This document shows, piece after piece, positions 19,949 through 28,880 of a stretch of DNA of 49,115 nucleotides. Under the pieces are notes generated by a model. That model was not told the DNA's origin, ran no database searches, and was given only the letters and a program-made list of their open reading frames with translations. Positions within the stretch are counted from its first letter, which is position 1, and every line of letters begins with the position of its first letter. Source of the DNA: Alphaproteobacteria bacterium (GTDB taxonomy: Bacteria > Pseudomonadota > Alphaproteobacteria > UBA2136 > JAPKEQ01). The stretch is taken from assembly GCA_028821995.1 (NCBI GenBank), contig JAPKEQ010000003.1:1-49115 (forward strand), read 5' to 3'. The position numbers and the translations under genes were made by a program.

Positions 19949-21147
19949 ACCCCGCGTGTATCAACAACAGCTTTACCCTCAAGTTCGCCGAGCGTAATAT
20001 CCAAAAATTCTTTATGGTTGGTGAGCATGGCAACCACGCCTGCTTGTGCCACGGCCTCTTTTGTATCTGCCAGCTCAAAGCCGTCCATGCTATCTACATA
20101 AGGCTCAACAATAAGGATTTTTGCATCTGTTTTTGTTTTAAGGAGCTTTGCGATTTCTACGCTTGGAGATTCTCTTAAATCATCCACATTTGGCTTATAG
20201 GCCATGCCTAGTAGCGCCACAGTATCTGTAGCTGTGTCCTCAATACCTTTTAAAATTTGATCCACAACATAAGCAGGTTTTGCATCATTAATGGTACGTG
20301 CAAGGTGAGTAAGTTTAGCTTTTTCAGGCGAGCCTGAAACAATAAACCATGGATCTACGGCAATGCAATGTCCGCCAACGCCAGGCCCAGGAAAATGCAC
20401 ATTTACGCGCGGATGACGATTAGCAAATTTGATCACTTCCCACACGTTAAGATTCTTCTCATCGCAAATGCTACTTAGCTCATTTGCAAAAGCAATGTTG
20501 ATATCTCTGTATGTATTTTCAGTCAGTTTAACAAGTTCGGCTTGTTCGGCGATGGTTTCAAATACGTCACCTTTTACAAATGTTTTATAAAACGCCTTGG
20601 CTTTAACTGCTGCCTGCGGCGTAAGGCCGCCAACTACACGGTCATTTTCAATAAGTTCAGTCAAAATTTGCCCCGGCAGAACGCGCTCTGGGCAGTAGCA
20701 ATAATGAAGCTTGTTTTTTAGCTCTGGACGCGCACCTTCAATGATATCTGCCACGTTTTTGCGCGTTGCGCCCACAGGGCTTGTAGATTCAAGAATAACA
20801 AGATCGTCCTCTTTTACAAGCGAGCTGATTGCTTTTGCAGCGCTTTCTACGTAACTCATATCAGGCTGCGGCACGCCTGCCTCCTCACCTTTAAATGGTG
20901 TGGGCACAACAATAATATAAACGTCTGCGGCTTGCGGGGTTGTAAATGCTTTAAAGCTGCCAGAAGATACTGCGCTCTCAACCGCTGCATCAAGATCAGG
21001 TTCAATCACATGAGCGCGGCCGCTGTTGATAATATCAACTGTATTTTGATTTACATCACAGCCAAATACTTTATGCCCGTGGCTCCCCAGCACTGCTGCT
21101 GTCGGAAGACCAATATACCCAAGACCGATAACACTTACATTTGCCAA
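19939..21147 (-). CDS. wecC: UDP-N-acetyl-D-mannosamine dehydrogenase
   Basis: GLGYIGLPTA, ILESTSPVG, CPERVLPG, KLTEN.YRD.NIAFANE, GPGVGGHCIAVDP, DDLRESP. Confidence 0.93.
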   Translation of the reverse strand: MANVSVIGLGYIGLPTAAVLGSHGHKVFGCDVNQNTVDIINSGRAHVIEPDLDAAVESAVSSGSFKAFTTPQAADVYIIVVPTPFKGEEAGVPQPDMSYVESAAKAISSLVKEDDLVILESTSPVGATRKNVADIIEGARPELKNKLHYCYCPERVLPGQILTELIENDRVVGGLTPQAAVKAKAFYKTFVKGDVFETIAEQAELVKLTENTYRDINIAFANELSSICDEKNLNVWEVIKFANRHPRVNVHFPGPGVGGHCIAVDPWFIVSGSPEKAKLTHLARTINDAKPAYVVDQILKGIEDTATDTVALLGMAYKPNVDDLRESPSVEIAKLLKTKTDAKILIVEPYVDSMDGFELADTKEAVAQAGVVAMLTNHKEFLDITLGELEGKAVVDTRGVWA

Positions 21148-21159
21148 TTTTTTAATCCT

Positions 21160-22746
21160 TTATTGATGAGGGCCACTGTAGCGCAACTGCCTGCGTTTTG
21201 CGAGTGTTGATTTAAGAGACCATAGAGCCAAACCAAGCAGCAAAGATCCAACAAGGTAGATGACATTTTCATGACTTATATCAAATACGCCGAAAGGTAT
21301 AGTATCAATCCATTTTGCCCAGTGAATTAGAAGTTCAGCTCCCCACTGAGATATATACCAAAATGGCGCATCTAGGCCAACAGGCATCAGCACAACAGCA
21401 AGTAGTGCCATAGGTAAAATAATAAGCCCTGTAAGCGGAACCGCAATAAGGTTGGCAAACAGGCCAAGCAGGCTTACGGTTCCAAAATGCCAGGCGACAA
21501 AGGGCATCGTGGCAAAAGTTGCAATAAGGCTCCCCGCAAATATGCCTTTCATATAACCAAAGGGCATGTGCCACCACCCCATGCTCCAGTGATAATGCTC
21601 TTTATATCCCATGCGCGAAAACAGCATCAACGCAAAAGCCGCAACAAAGCTCATTTGGAAAGACGGCCCCACCACGCTATAAGGCCACAGCGCCACCACA
21701 ACCCATACAGCTACGCATAAAAGACGAAGTGGGTTTGCATTATGATCAATAAGAATCGCGATAAGCAGAAGTCCGAGCACCACGCTTGCGCGCACCGTTG
21801 GCAAGCTTGCGCCCGCCATCAGCATATAACTCACACAAAGCATAAGCGCTGGCACAGCTGCCCATTTTTGCGTGTTTATACGATCAATAATTTTAGGATT
21901 GCAGCCAATTATGCGCCTAAGCCCAAAGTAAGCCAGCCCCGTAACCAGTGCAAGGTGAAGCCCTGATATGGCAAGTAAATGAGACAGCCCCGCTTTTCTA
22001 AATTCACTCTTGGTTTCATAAGATACGCCATCTCTATGTCCTGTCATTAGCGCGGTAAGTAAAGCGCCGCCTTCGCCTGATGTACGCGCAATCACAAGGT
22101 TGTAATACCCCTGTCTAATTTTCCAGTAAGTGCGCTTTATCATGCTAATGTCTCGTGCAGGTGCACTTTCTAAAAGTGCTGAAGATGCGATAAGTCCTTG
22201 CCCATAGCCCCTTACAGATGGCCCATAAAAACGTGCATAGGATATGGCGTCAAAGGTCTCGCCTTCTTCCATAGGTTCTGGCGCAAAAGCTTTTCCTTGT
22301 ACGCTTGCGCCCTCTCCTACTTTTAAGTCTGATATTTGAGATGCTGCAACACTTAAGCGGGCTGAAGGTACATCAATGGCGCCTTCATGCGTAAATAGAC
22401 GGGGTTTTTCTAGCCATACATTATAACGACCATTAGATCTTTCAGAAATGCTTTTTACAATCCCATGCGCCCATAAAGACCTGTAACTGATGCTTTCTGG
22501 TGGCATATCTTTAAAGCTTAGGTGAAATAACGTACTGGTGAGCGCAAATGTAAAGGCTACAGCGTAAAGTGCCTCTTGCCTCCAAAAGTGCGTTAATAAC
22601 CCCAAGGATATAAGCAGTGCGCCAAGCGGAAGCCTGTATGTAACGACCCCTTCAATCTGCATTGCAGCAGATGCACCCATAAGCAGAAGCACCGCACAGA
22701 TAAGCGGCGTTTTTGTGACTTGTAGAATTTTAAATATGCTCAGCAT
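21160..22746 (-). CDS. comEC: ComEC/Rec2 competence protein
   Basis: GLSHLLAISGLH, PTVRA, SFQMSF.A, NLIAVP; divergent from gltX. Confidence 0.9.
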   Translation of the reverse strand: MLSIFKILQVTKTPLICAVLLLMGASAAMQIEGVVTYRLPLGALLISLGLLTHFWRQEALYAVAFTFALTSTLFHLSFKDMPPESISYRSLWAHGIVKSISERSNGRYNVWLEKPRLFTHEGAIDVPSARLSVAASQISDLKVGEGASVQGKAFAPEPMEEGETFDAISYARFYGPSVRGYGQGLIASSALLESAPARDISMIKRTYWKIRQGYYNLVIARTSGEGGALLTALMTGHRDGVSYETKSEFRKAGLSHLLAISGLHLALVTGLAYFGLRRIIGCNPKIIDRINTQKWAAVPALMLCVSYMLMAGASLPTVRASVVLGLLLIAILIDHNANPLRLLCVAVWVVVALWPYSVVGPSFQMSFVAAFALMLFSRMGYKEHYHWSMGWWHMPFGYMKGIFAGSLIATFATMPFVAWHFGTVSLLGLFANLIAVPLTGLIILPMALLAVVLMPVGLDAPFWYISQWGAELLIHWAKWIDTIPFGVFDISHENVIYLVGSLLLGLALWSLKSTLAKRRQLRYSGPHQ

Positions 22747-22842
22747 TACAGATCAAAATACATGATTTTAATCTGTAATGCTTCCATAAATTCATGTATA
22801 AATCCTTTCACATACATAATTTAACATAAGGTGATTCTTCAT

Positions 22843-24270
22843 ATGACAAAACCGGTAAAAACACGTTTTGCACCCTCTCCAACAGGCATGCTGCACATTG
22901 GCGGCGCGCGCACAGCCCTATTTAGTAAGCTTTACGCAAAGCATACAGGCGGAGAATACGTGGTTCGTATTGAAGACACCGACCGCGAACGCAGCACGCA
23001 AGCTGCTGTAGATGCTATTAAAGATGGCCTTAATTGGCTAGACCTTGGGCCAGACAACGGCCAGTATGTCTTCCAAACATCTCTTGTTGAAAAGCATACA
23101 GAAGCAGCGCATCAAATGCTAAAAAACGGCACAGCTTACAAATGCTTTGTAGCGCCAGAAGAGCTGGATGCTATGCGTAAAGAAGCCGAAGAGCGAGGCG
23201 AAATGCCTAAGTACGATGGCCGTCATAGAGATCTAACACCAGAGCAAATTGATGATTTAGAAGCTAAAGGCGTGCCTTTTGCTGTACGTATTAAATTGCC
23301 GCTAGACGGCAGCACCGTGTGGGAAGATGCCGTACAAGGCCGCATTGAAATTGCAAACACTCAGCTTGATGACTTTGTTCTACTCCGTAGCGATGGCACG
23401 CCAACATACAACCTTGCCGTTGTTGTGGATGATGCTGAAATGGACATTACTCATGTCATTCGCGGCGATGACCACATTAACAACACGCCAAAGCAAATTC
23501 ATATTTATGAGGCTCTTGGGCTAGATGTACCTACTTTTGCCCACCTCCCTCTTATCCATGGTAAGGACGGCAAAAAGCTATCTAAGCGCACAGGTTCAGT
23601 TGATGTTATGCACTATAAAGACATGGGTTACCTACCGGCATCTCTTAACAATTACCTTATGCGCCTTGGTTGGGGCATGGGCGACAAGGAAGTGATTTCA
23701 TTTAATGAAGCCGTAGAAGCATTTGAGCTAACAGATGTAAACAAAGGTGCCTCTATCTTTGATTTTGATAAACTTGATTGGCTGAATGGTGAATATATCA
23801 AACAAATGAATAACAATGACTTATTCGCATCTGTTAAACCATTTTTTGAGCTAGATGGTACACCTTTATCTGAAGCTGCGGCAGACCGCATCAGCAAACT
23901 TATGGATGCCCTAAAGCCTCGCGCCCGCCGCCTGACGGACTTTGTAGACGTGGCGCAGTTTTGCCTATTTGACGGCAGACCCGGCCTTGCAGATGCGAAA
24001 GCAGAGGAAGTGCTTAGCGCAGGTATGGAACATGTAAACGGCCTTGCAGATGCACTTGATATGCAAGATGATTGGTCAGAAGCCTCTCTTGATGGCGTGG
24101 TTAAAACATACATTAAAGAATCTGGCGCAAAATTCCCAGCTGTGGGTATGCCCGTACGTGTCGCCCTTACAGGCACAACGCAAGCACCAAGTGTTGGCGC
24201 AATTCTTAGTGCCCTCGGTAAAGAGGAAAGCCTTAAACGCCTTGGCCACAACATAGAAATGGAGCGCTAA
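22843..24270 (+). CDS. gltX: Glutamate--tRNA ligase
   Basis: RFAPSPTG.LHIGG, RIEDTD, THVIRGDDH, KLSKR. Confidence 0.97.
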   Translation: MTKPVKTRFAPSPTGMLHIGGARTALFSKLYAKHTGGEYVVRIEDTDRERSTQAAVDAIKDGLNWLDLGPDNGQYVFQTSLVEKHTEAAHQMLKNGTAYKCFVAPEELDAMRKEAEERGEMPKYDGRHRDLTPEQIDDLEAKGVPFAVRIKLPLDGSTVWEDAVQGRIEIANTQLDDFVLLRSDGTPTYNLAVVVDDAEMDITHVIRGDDHINNTPKQIHIYEALGLDVPTFAHLPLIHGKDGKKLSKRTGSVDVMHYKDMGYLPASLNNYLMRLGWGMGDKEVISFNEAVEAFELTDVNKGASIFDFDKLDWLNGEYIKQMNNNDLFASVKPFFELDGTPLSEAAADRISKLMDALKPRARRLTDFVDVAQFCLFDGRPGLADAKAEEVLSAGMEHVNGLADALDMQDDWSEASLDGVVKTYIKESGAKFPAVGMPVRVALTGTTQAPSVGAILSALGKEESLKRLGHNIEMER

Positions 24271-24272
24271 GA

Positions 24273-24698
24273 ATGAAGGTACTTTTTACTGCCGCTCTCA
24301 CCTTACTTGCCATAGATGCTCAGGCCTCAAAAGCGCCAGATCAACCGAGCTGTGATATTACAGGTAAAGTACTTAAAATAGAAAAACGTAACGAGCCTGG
24401 TAGAGGTCTTTCTGAAGGGCTTACAAATAAATATCTAGATGTGACTGTACGTGTTAAACAAACTGCACACGCTGAAAAAGATGAATGCGGCAACATGGTA
24501 GGCGCTGAGCATATATACCAAATGCATGGCGGTATGATGAACGCCCTTAAAGCCCCTAAAGCAGAAACCTGCATTAAAGCTAAAACCAATATATCTGGTG
24601 ATGGTAACTTTATGTTTGGCAACTGGCTGAGCGAGATTGAAAAACAACCTTTGGAAACCTGTTTCCAGCTCACTCATCCAGCAGTACAAAATCAATAG
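24273..24698 (+). CDS. Hypothetical secreted protein
   Basis: Signal peptide, four Cys, starts 2 nt after the gltX stop. Confidence 0.65.
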   Translation: MKVLFTAALTLLAIDAQASKAPDQPSCDITGKVLKIEKRNEPGRGLSEGLTNKYLDVTVRVKQTAHAEKDECGNMVGAEHIYQMHGGMMNALKAPKAETCIKAKTNISGDGNFMFGNWLSEIEKQPLETCFQLTHPAVQNQ

Positions 24699-24700
24699 CC

Positions 24701-24878
24701 CCTATACAAGCGCGAGGTGATTAACCGAGCCAAAACTTTAAGAAGTTTTGCGCGGCAAAAAGGTCCCTTTTGGAATTACTGGTAAGACCAAAAGCCTAAA
24801 AGGCTTTTTTGCCAAGATATAGCTTGTGGAGAATCATATTTTAGAAATTTAATATTTCTTAAATATGAAACTGAGAGC
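24701..24878. repeat. Dispersed structured repeat, copy B
   Basis: GGCAAAAAGG..CTTTTGG..TTACTGGTAA..CCAAAAG..TTTTTTGCC; ends in GAGAGC like copy A. Confidence 0.7.
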
Positions 24879-24896
24879 AAGCACACCCAAAAAAGC

Positions 24897-24920
24897 AAAA
24901 GGCCCCCGTTTGGGGGCCTT
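24897..24920. terminator. Terminator, inverted near-twin of 26064-26087
   Basis: AAAAGGCCCCCGTTTGGGGGCCTT. Confidence 0.8.
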
Positions 24921-24934
24921 AGCTATTCTCGTAT

Positions 24935-25702
24935 TTACTGAACGGTGATGCGTCCGGGCTTGTCGCAAGTCGCGCCGCCTTCCAGCTGGATATACTCCAG
25001 CAGGGCCCAGCTTGCTTCCTTGGTCCACAGAACGTAATCTTTGTTCGCGTCCATCACCAGCGTGGGAACATTGTTGACCTCCACCACGACGTTGTTAGTG
25101 CCATAGTCTTCTGACGTAGTCAGCACAACACTGTAGCCATGTGGAATCACAAGGTTAGAGTTCGACACCCAGACCTTATCGGAACGGATGGCCAGATGCT
25201 CCAGCAGAGCATAAAGCGAAGCCCGCATCTGGGCTTCATCGCCACCAGACCAGCGCATGTTGCTTGTCAGGCCGCAATCATAATGCAGCAGAGACAACAG
25301 CGGGAAACGGCCAGAGCTGTCCATTTCAGTGATCCGTGCCTGAACTTTCTCCCGTGCCAAATCAACCCAGCTGCTGTTGATTCCCTTGACCTGTGCCAGC
25401 TCAAACGCCAGCAGGTAGTAAAACCACAGCGTCCGGCTATTGTCGGCTACGGCCTCCTCCAGCAGAGCAACAGGGTTATCAGCCTCCAAATGCACAGCCT
25501 GTTCAACGAGCTTCATGTGCTCATCACCATAGTTATTTTTTGCTGAACGTGACAGCTTTGCACAAATGTGTGCACGCATCTCCATGCGCGGTGCAGTGCT
25601 CCAAACAGAAACCATCCAATGTGCCACAATGGCATGAGCCAGAAGCTCATCAGCAACGTAACCACTGGGAAAGTCTGAGATTTTGATGTTTTTGATAGTC
25701 AT
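24935..25702 (-). CDS. Orphan protein
   Basis: TGGAGG SD before ATG 25702; long open frame. Confidence 0.7.
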   Translation of the reverse strand: MTIKNIKISDFPSGYVADELLAHAIVAHWMVSVWSTAPRMEMRAHICAKLSRSAKNNYGDEHMKLVEQAVHLEADNPVALLEEAVADNSRTLWFYYLLAFELAQVKGINSSWVDLAREKVQARITEMDSSGRFPLLSLLHYDCGLTSNMRWSGGDEAQMRASLYALLEHLAIRSDKVWVSNSNLVIPHGYSVVLTTSEDYGTNNVVVEVNNVPTLVMDANKDYVLWTKEASWALLEYIQLEGGATCDKPGRITVQ

Positions 25703-26063
25703 AATATTGCCTCCATTGGCAATGTGCGCTGAACCATTACAGCGTCTCAGCATACGAAATGCTATCTCATGCAGAAAGAGCCTGCATGGCTTAAAAAGGA
25801 ATATGACCACATGAGGCCTGCCTTTATAGCAACCCGCCATGGGTAGATAGGGATTCAGGATAGAATCCTATGCTTAAAGTATATTATGGTGATGCCCTCA
25901 CCCGTTTTCAAGGGTGCAAAAAAGCCCCCGTTCTGGAGCATTGGGGACAGTATCTTGCAAAAGCGCACTCGCCACAGCGTACACATGTAAGTTGCTGCCG
26001 TTAATTTCTCTTGTAATATAAATGGTATCACCATTGCTAAGGGTAGGCGTTTCAGGGGCATGC

Positions 26064-26087
26064 AAAAGGCCCCCAAACGGGGGCCTT
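26064..26087 (-). terminator. Intrinsic terminator with AACCGA motif
   Basis: AAAAGGCCCCCAAACGGGGGCCTT. Confidence 0.8.
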
Positions 26088-26112
26088 CGCTATTTCGGTT
26101 ATTATTCAGCCA

Positions 26113-26229
26113 TCAGGAAAAAAATACCCATAGAATACCCTCCATAAGCGCAGAATAGAACACTGACAAGACTAAGTACGCTCCAGACAACAAAAGGATA
26201 GTGGAAACCATCAGAAAAAAAGTACGCAC
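26113..26229 (-). CDS. Candidate 38-aa membrane peptide
   Basis: Promoter-like CTTGAA..CCCCATAAC, pyrimidine leader, TATGGAGG, GTG start, hydrophobic ORF. Confidence 0.5.
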   Translation of the reverse strand: MRTFFLMVSTILLLSGAYLVLSVFYSALMEGILWVFFS

Positions 26230-26316
26230 AGAAAACCTCCATAAGCGCAAAAAAAGGAATACAGATGATTCTGTACTAAAGTTATGGGGGCGCATTGCTG
26301 TTATTTCAAGGGCACA

Positions 26317-26340
26317 AAAAACCGCCCGAAGGCGGTTTTT
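26317..26340 (-). terminator. Terminator downstream of the cyclophilin gene
   Basis: AAAAACCGCCCGAAGGCGGTTTTT. Confidence 0.8.
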
Positions 26341-26354
26341 ATAGAGCAGTATAA

Positions 26355-26470
26355 ATTCGCTCTACGGTTACGAAAATGGGTTTGTGGGAAGCGTGTAGGC
26401 CGTCATGTATTTAACATACATAAGGCCGAGCACTGCACCACGGGCACATTTGCAGTCGCGTAGAGTAGAA
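26355..26470. repeat. Palindromic MITE-like element
   Basis: Terminal inverted repeat CTCTACG/CGTAGAG; internal GGCC..ATGTAT..ATACAT..GGCC hairpin. Confidence 0.5.
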
Positions 26471-26471
26471 C

Positions 26472-27035
26472 TTAAGAGGCTTTCTCTTCTTTCACGTCAG
26501 CTGCAACTTGCATCTTAATGATTGTATCTGGCTCATCAACAGATCCGTTTGCACGGCTATCGCCTTTTTTGATGCCGTCTACGTGTTCCATGCCATCCGT
26601 CACTTGGCCCCATACAGTGTACTGGCCGTCTAGGTGTGGTGCTGCTTCTAGGCAGATGAAGAACTGGCTGTCAGCGCTGTTAGGGTCCATAGCGCGTGCC
26701 ATAGAGAGCGTGCCGCGCAAATGTGGTTTGTCGTTAAACTCAGCATCTAGGTTTGTGCCGCTTCCGCCAGTACCGTTACCGTCTGGGTCACCTGTTTGAG
26801 CCATAAAGCCTTCAATTACACGGTGGAACTTAAGCCCATCGTAAAAGCCTTCGCTTGTAAGTTCTTTAATACGCGCAACGTGTGTTGGCGCTACTTCTGG
26901 GAAAAGTTCGATTGTTACGCGACCATCTTTAAGGTCTAGGTATAGAGTGTTTTCCAAATCTTTTGCCTCCGCTGTTTGGAATGCTGCCGCTGCAAACAGA
27001 GCAACCGCTAGCATGAGTTTCTTTAAATGTGTCAT
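26472..27035 (-). CDS. Periplasmic cyclophilin-type PPIase
   Basis: GFYDGLKFHRVIEGFMAQTGDP, RGTLSMAR, SADSQFFI, LDGQYTVWGQV; signal peptide. Confidence 0.95.
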   Translation of the reverse strand: MTHLKKLMLAVALFAAAAFQTAEAKDLENTLYLDLKDGRVTIELFPEVAPTHVARIKELTSEGFYDGLKFHRVIEGFMAQTGDPDGNGTGGSGTNLDAEFNDKPHLRGTLSMARAMDPNSADSQFFICLEAAPHLDGQYTVWGQVTDGMEHVDGIKKGDSRANGSVDEPDTIIKMQVAADVKEEKAS

Positions 27036-27217
27036 GGGTATATCACCTTTGTTCTTGTTATGCAAACATGCATACATTCTTAAAAAGGATGCAAATTGCA
27101 GAAAGAATCCTACAAAAAAATGCTAGGACTTGCAAAGTAAAACAGCGGCTCTTATATATATCCTTACGTAAGTATCTCTTGCGTTCCGTTTTTTGACTCT
27201 TTTCTAGGGAGGACTAC

Positions 27218-27454
27218 ATGTCCGCACAACGTTCGTCGAATCATATCAAAATGAACCCTGCAACTGGAATGGCTTGTGAATACGGCAAACAAAAAACACG
27301 CTACAATGCCCATGCGACCACACGGCGTGATGAGGAACGCAGACTTCGCCGGACAACCAAAGGAAAAACCCTGCGCAGCCTGCGCGCCCCGAAACACGCA
27401 GCAGCCTCTTTTCGCCGCATGCTGCACCAAAAAAGTGGAGCAAGCATCGCATGA
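27218..27454 (+). CDS. Small basic protein, paralog 1
   Basis: GGGAGG SD; similar to 27530-27757. Confidence 0.65.
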   Translation: MSAQRSSNHIKMNPATGMACEYGKQKTRYNAHATTRRDEERRLRRTTKGKTLRSLRAPKHAAASFRRMLHQKSGASIA

Positions 27455-27529
27455 AACATTTCACTCTTCGCGGCCGCATGACCTTCCGATTACGTGCAAT
27501 AACGCACGGTCAGAAGAAGGAAATACGAC

Positions 27530-27757
27530 ATGTCCGCACAATTCTCTCAAAACCAGTACAAGGTTAACCCTCACACTGGTGTTGGCATTGAATTTAGCAT
27601 TAGCGAATTGGAATACGGCGGCTGGATGGATGCCCGTGCTTGGACTTGGAAACGCAAGACCAACCACAAAGGCACAACCCTCCGCACCCACCGTGACCAC
27701 ACGCGCTGCGCCAAGCGCGAACGTAAAGTTCTTAAAATGACCGCCAATCGACACTGA
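27530..27757 (+). CDS. Small basic protein, paralog 2
   Basis: MSAQ.S.N..K.NP.TG and KG.TLR shared with paralog 1; AATCGA plus terminator 27760-27794. Confidence 0.65.
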   Translation: MSAQFSQNQYKVNPHTGVGIEFSISELEYGGWMDARAWTWKRKTNHKGTTLRTHRDHTRCAKRERKVLKMTANRH

Positions 27758-27871
27758 AAAAAAACACTTCTGCCTTACCGCAGGAGTGTTTTTCTTTTGA
27801 CACAGACACGCACAATCGTATACAAACAGTATGTAAATTATCTTATTCCCTTTCTCACAGGAGACAACGTC

Positions 27872-28291
27872 ATGGAAATGATGGGTCATTACTCAACTGG
27901 GCCGACAGCATCACAGAAAGAGCCTGAAAGCCCAACTTATGAAGAGCTCATGGCTGGCATTGCTGTCTGCCATACAAACAGAGCCTTTGAGGCCCTTACG
28001 GACGGGCAAGAGCTGATTTACATTGGCACTGACGTAGAAAGTACCTCCAGAGGTGGTGCCTGTATAAGCGCCATACTTGAGGAACTTGGCATCGACTACC
28101 CTCGGTTCTATTCTTTTAAAGATAGAGACAGGTGCCTTGGCCCAGAAACCAAAAGCGAAGTGCTTTTACTGCTGCTTGCCAAACGCGCTAAAGCTAAAAA
28201 TGCCAACATCATGCACGTGATTGAGCGCAACGGCCTCCCCGATGCCATTTCCGTTGAGCTATGGTACACATCTCCCAAAGACGAAAGTTAA
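27872..28291 (+). CDS. Orphan protein, tandem paralog A
   Basis: AGGAG SD; homologous to 28329-28751. Confidence 0.7.
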   Translation: MEMMGHYSTGPTASQKEPESPTYEELMAGIAVCHTNRAFEALTDGQELIYIGTDVESTSRGGACISAILEELGIDYPRFYSFKDRDRCLGPETKSEVLLLLLAKRAKAKNANIMHVIERNGLPDAISVELWYTSPKDES

Positions 28292-28328
28292 TTTTCTTTT
28301 CCCCCACCCCTAACCATTGGAGGCCATC

Positions 28329-28751
28329 ATGGCTATTTATGAAGAAGGTGACTACCCACAAAACTCCTCCCAGAACAAACCACCCAAAGCTGAAAAACAA
28401 ACGTATCAAGAAATGATGCAAGGCATCATTATTTGCCCCAGTGATGAAGCTTTTGAAGCTGTCACCAATGGTCAGGAAAAGTCCTACCTTGGCACTGGTA
28501 GCAGAAATTTTCGGACTGGTAATTACCCAGAAACGATGATTAAAAGCCTCGACTGCAATTATGCTCAATCAAGAGAAGAGGCAAAGCCCTACCCTTTGAG
28601 TCTCCATGACGCTGCTATGCTTTCCCTTACCCTTGAAGGTAAGGAAAAGAGAGCGAATCTTATGCGGATTACTAAGGAGGTATATCACGACCGTGAGAAT
28701 GGGTTCATTCGCGTTGAGTTTTGGTATGTTTCCCCTAAAGACGAAGGGTAA
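28329..28751 (+). CDS. Orphan protein, tandem paralog B
   Basis: TGGAGG SD; TY.E.M.GI..C, AFEA.T.GQE, VE.WY.SPKDE shared; AATCGA plus terminator 28770-28800. Confidence 0.7.
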   Translation: MAIYEEGDYPQNSSQNKPPKAEKQTYQEMMQGIIICPSDEAFEAVTNGQEKSYLGTGSRNFRTGNYPETMIKSLDCNYAQSREEAKPYPLSLHDAAMLSLTLEGKEKRANLMRITKEVYHDRENGFIRVEFWYVSPKDEG

Positions 28752-28880
28752 CCCCTTCAATCGAAATAAAAAAGCTCTCCCCCCTTTGGGGAGGGCTTTT
28801 GCTTTGTCAGTTTTTTTAACCTGCCTCTTACCTCTTTTCCCATAAAAATATATGGGTTTTAGGGAGGATTCGTAAACTGA

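Noticed and set aside
27276-27889. ORFs 27276-27740 (+) and 27461-27889 (-)
   Set aside because: They overlap two SD-led paralogous ORFs that better explain the region
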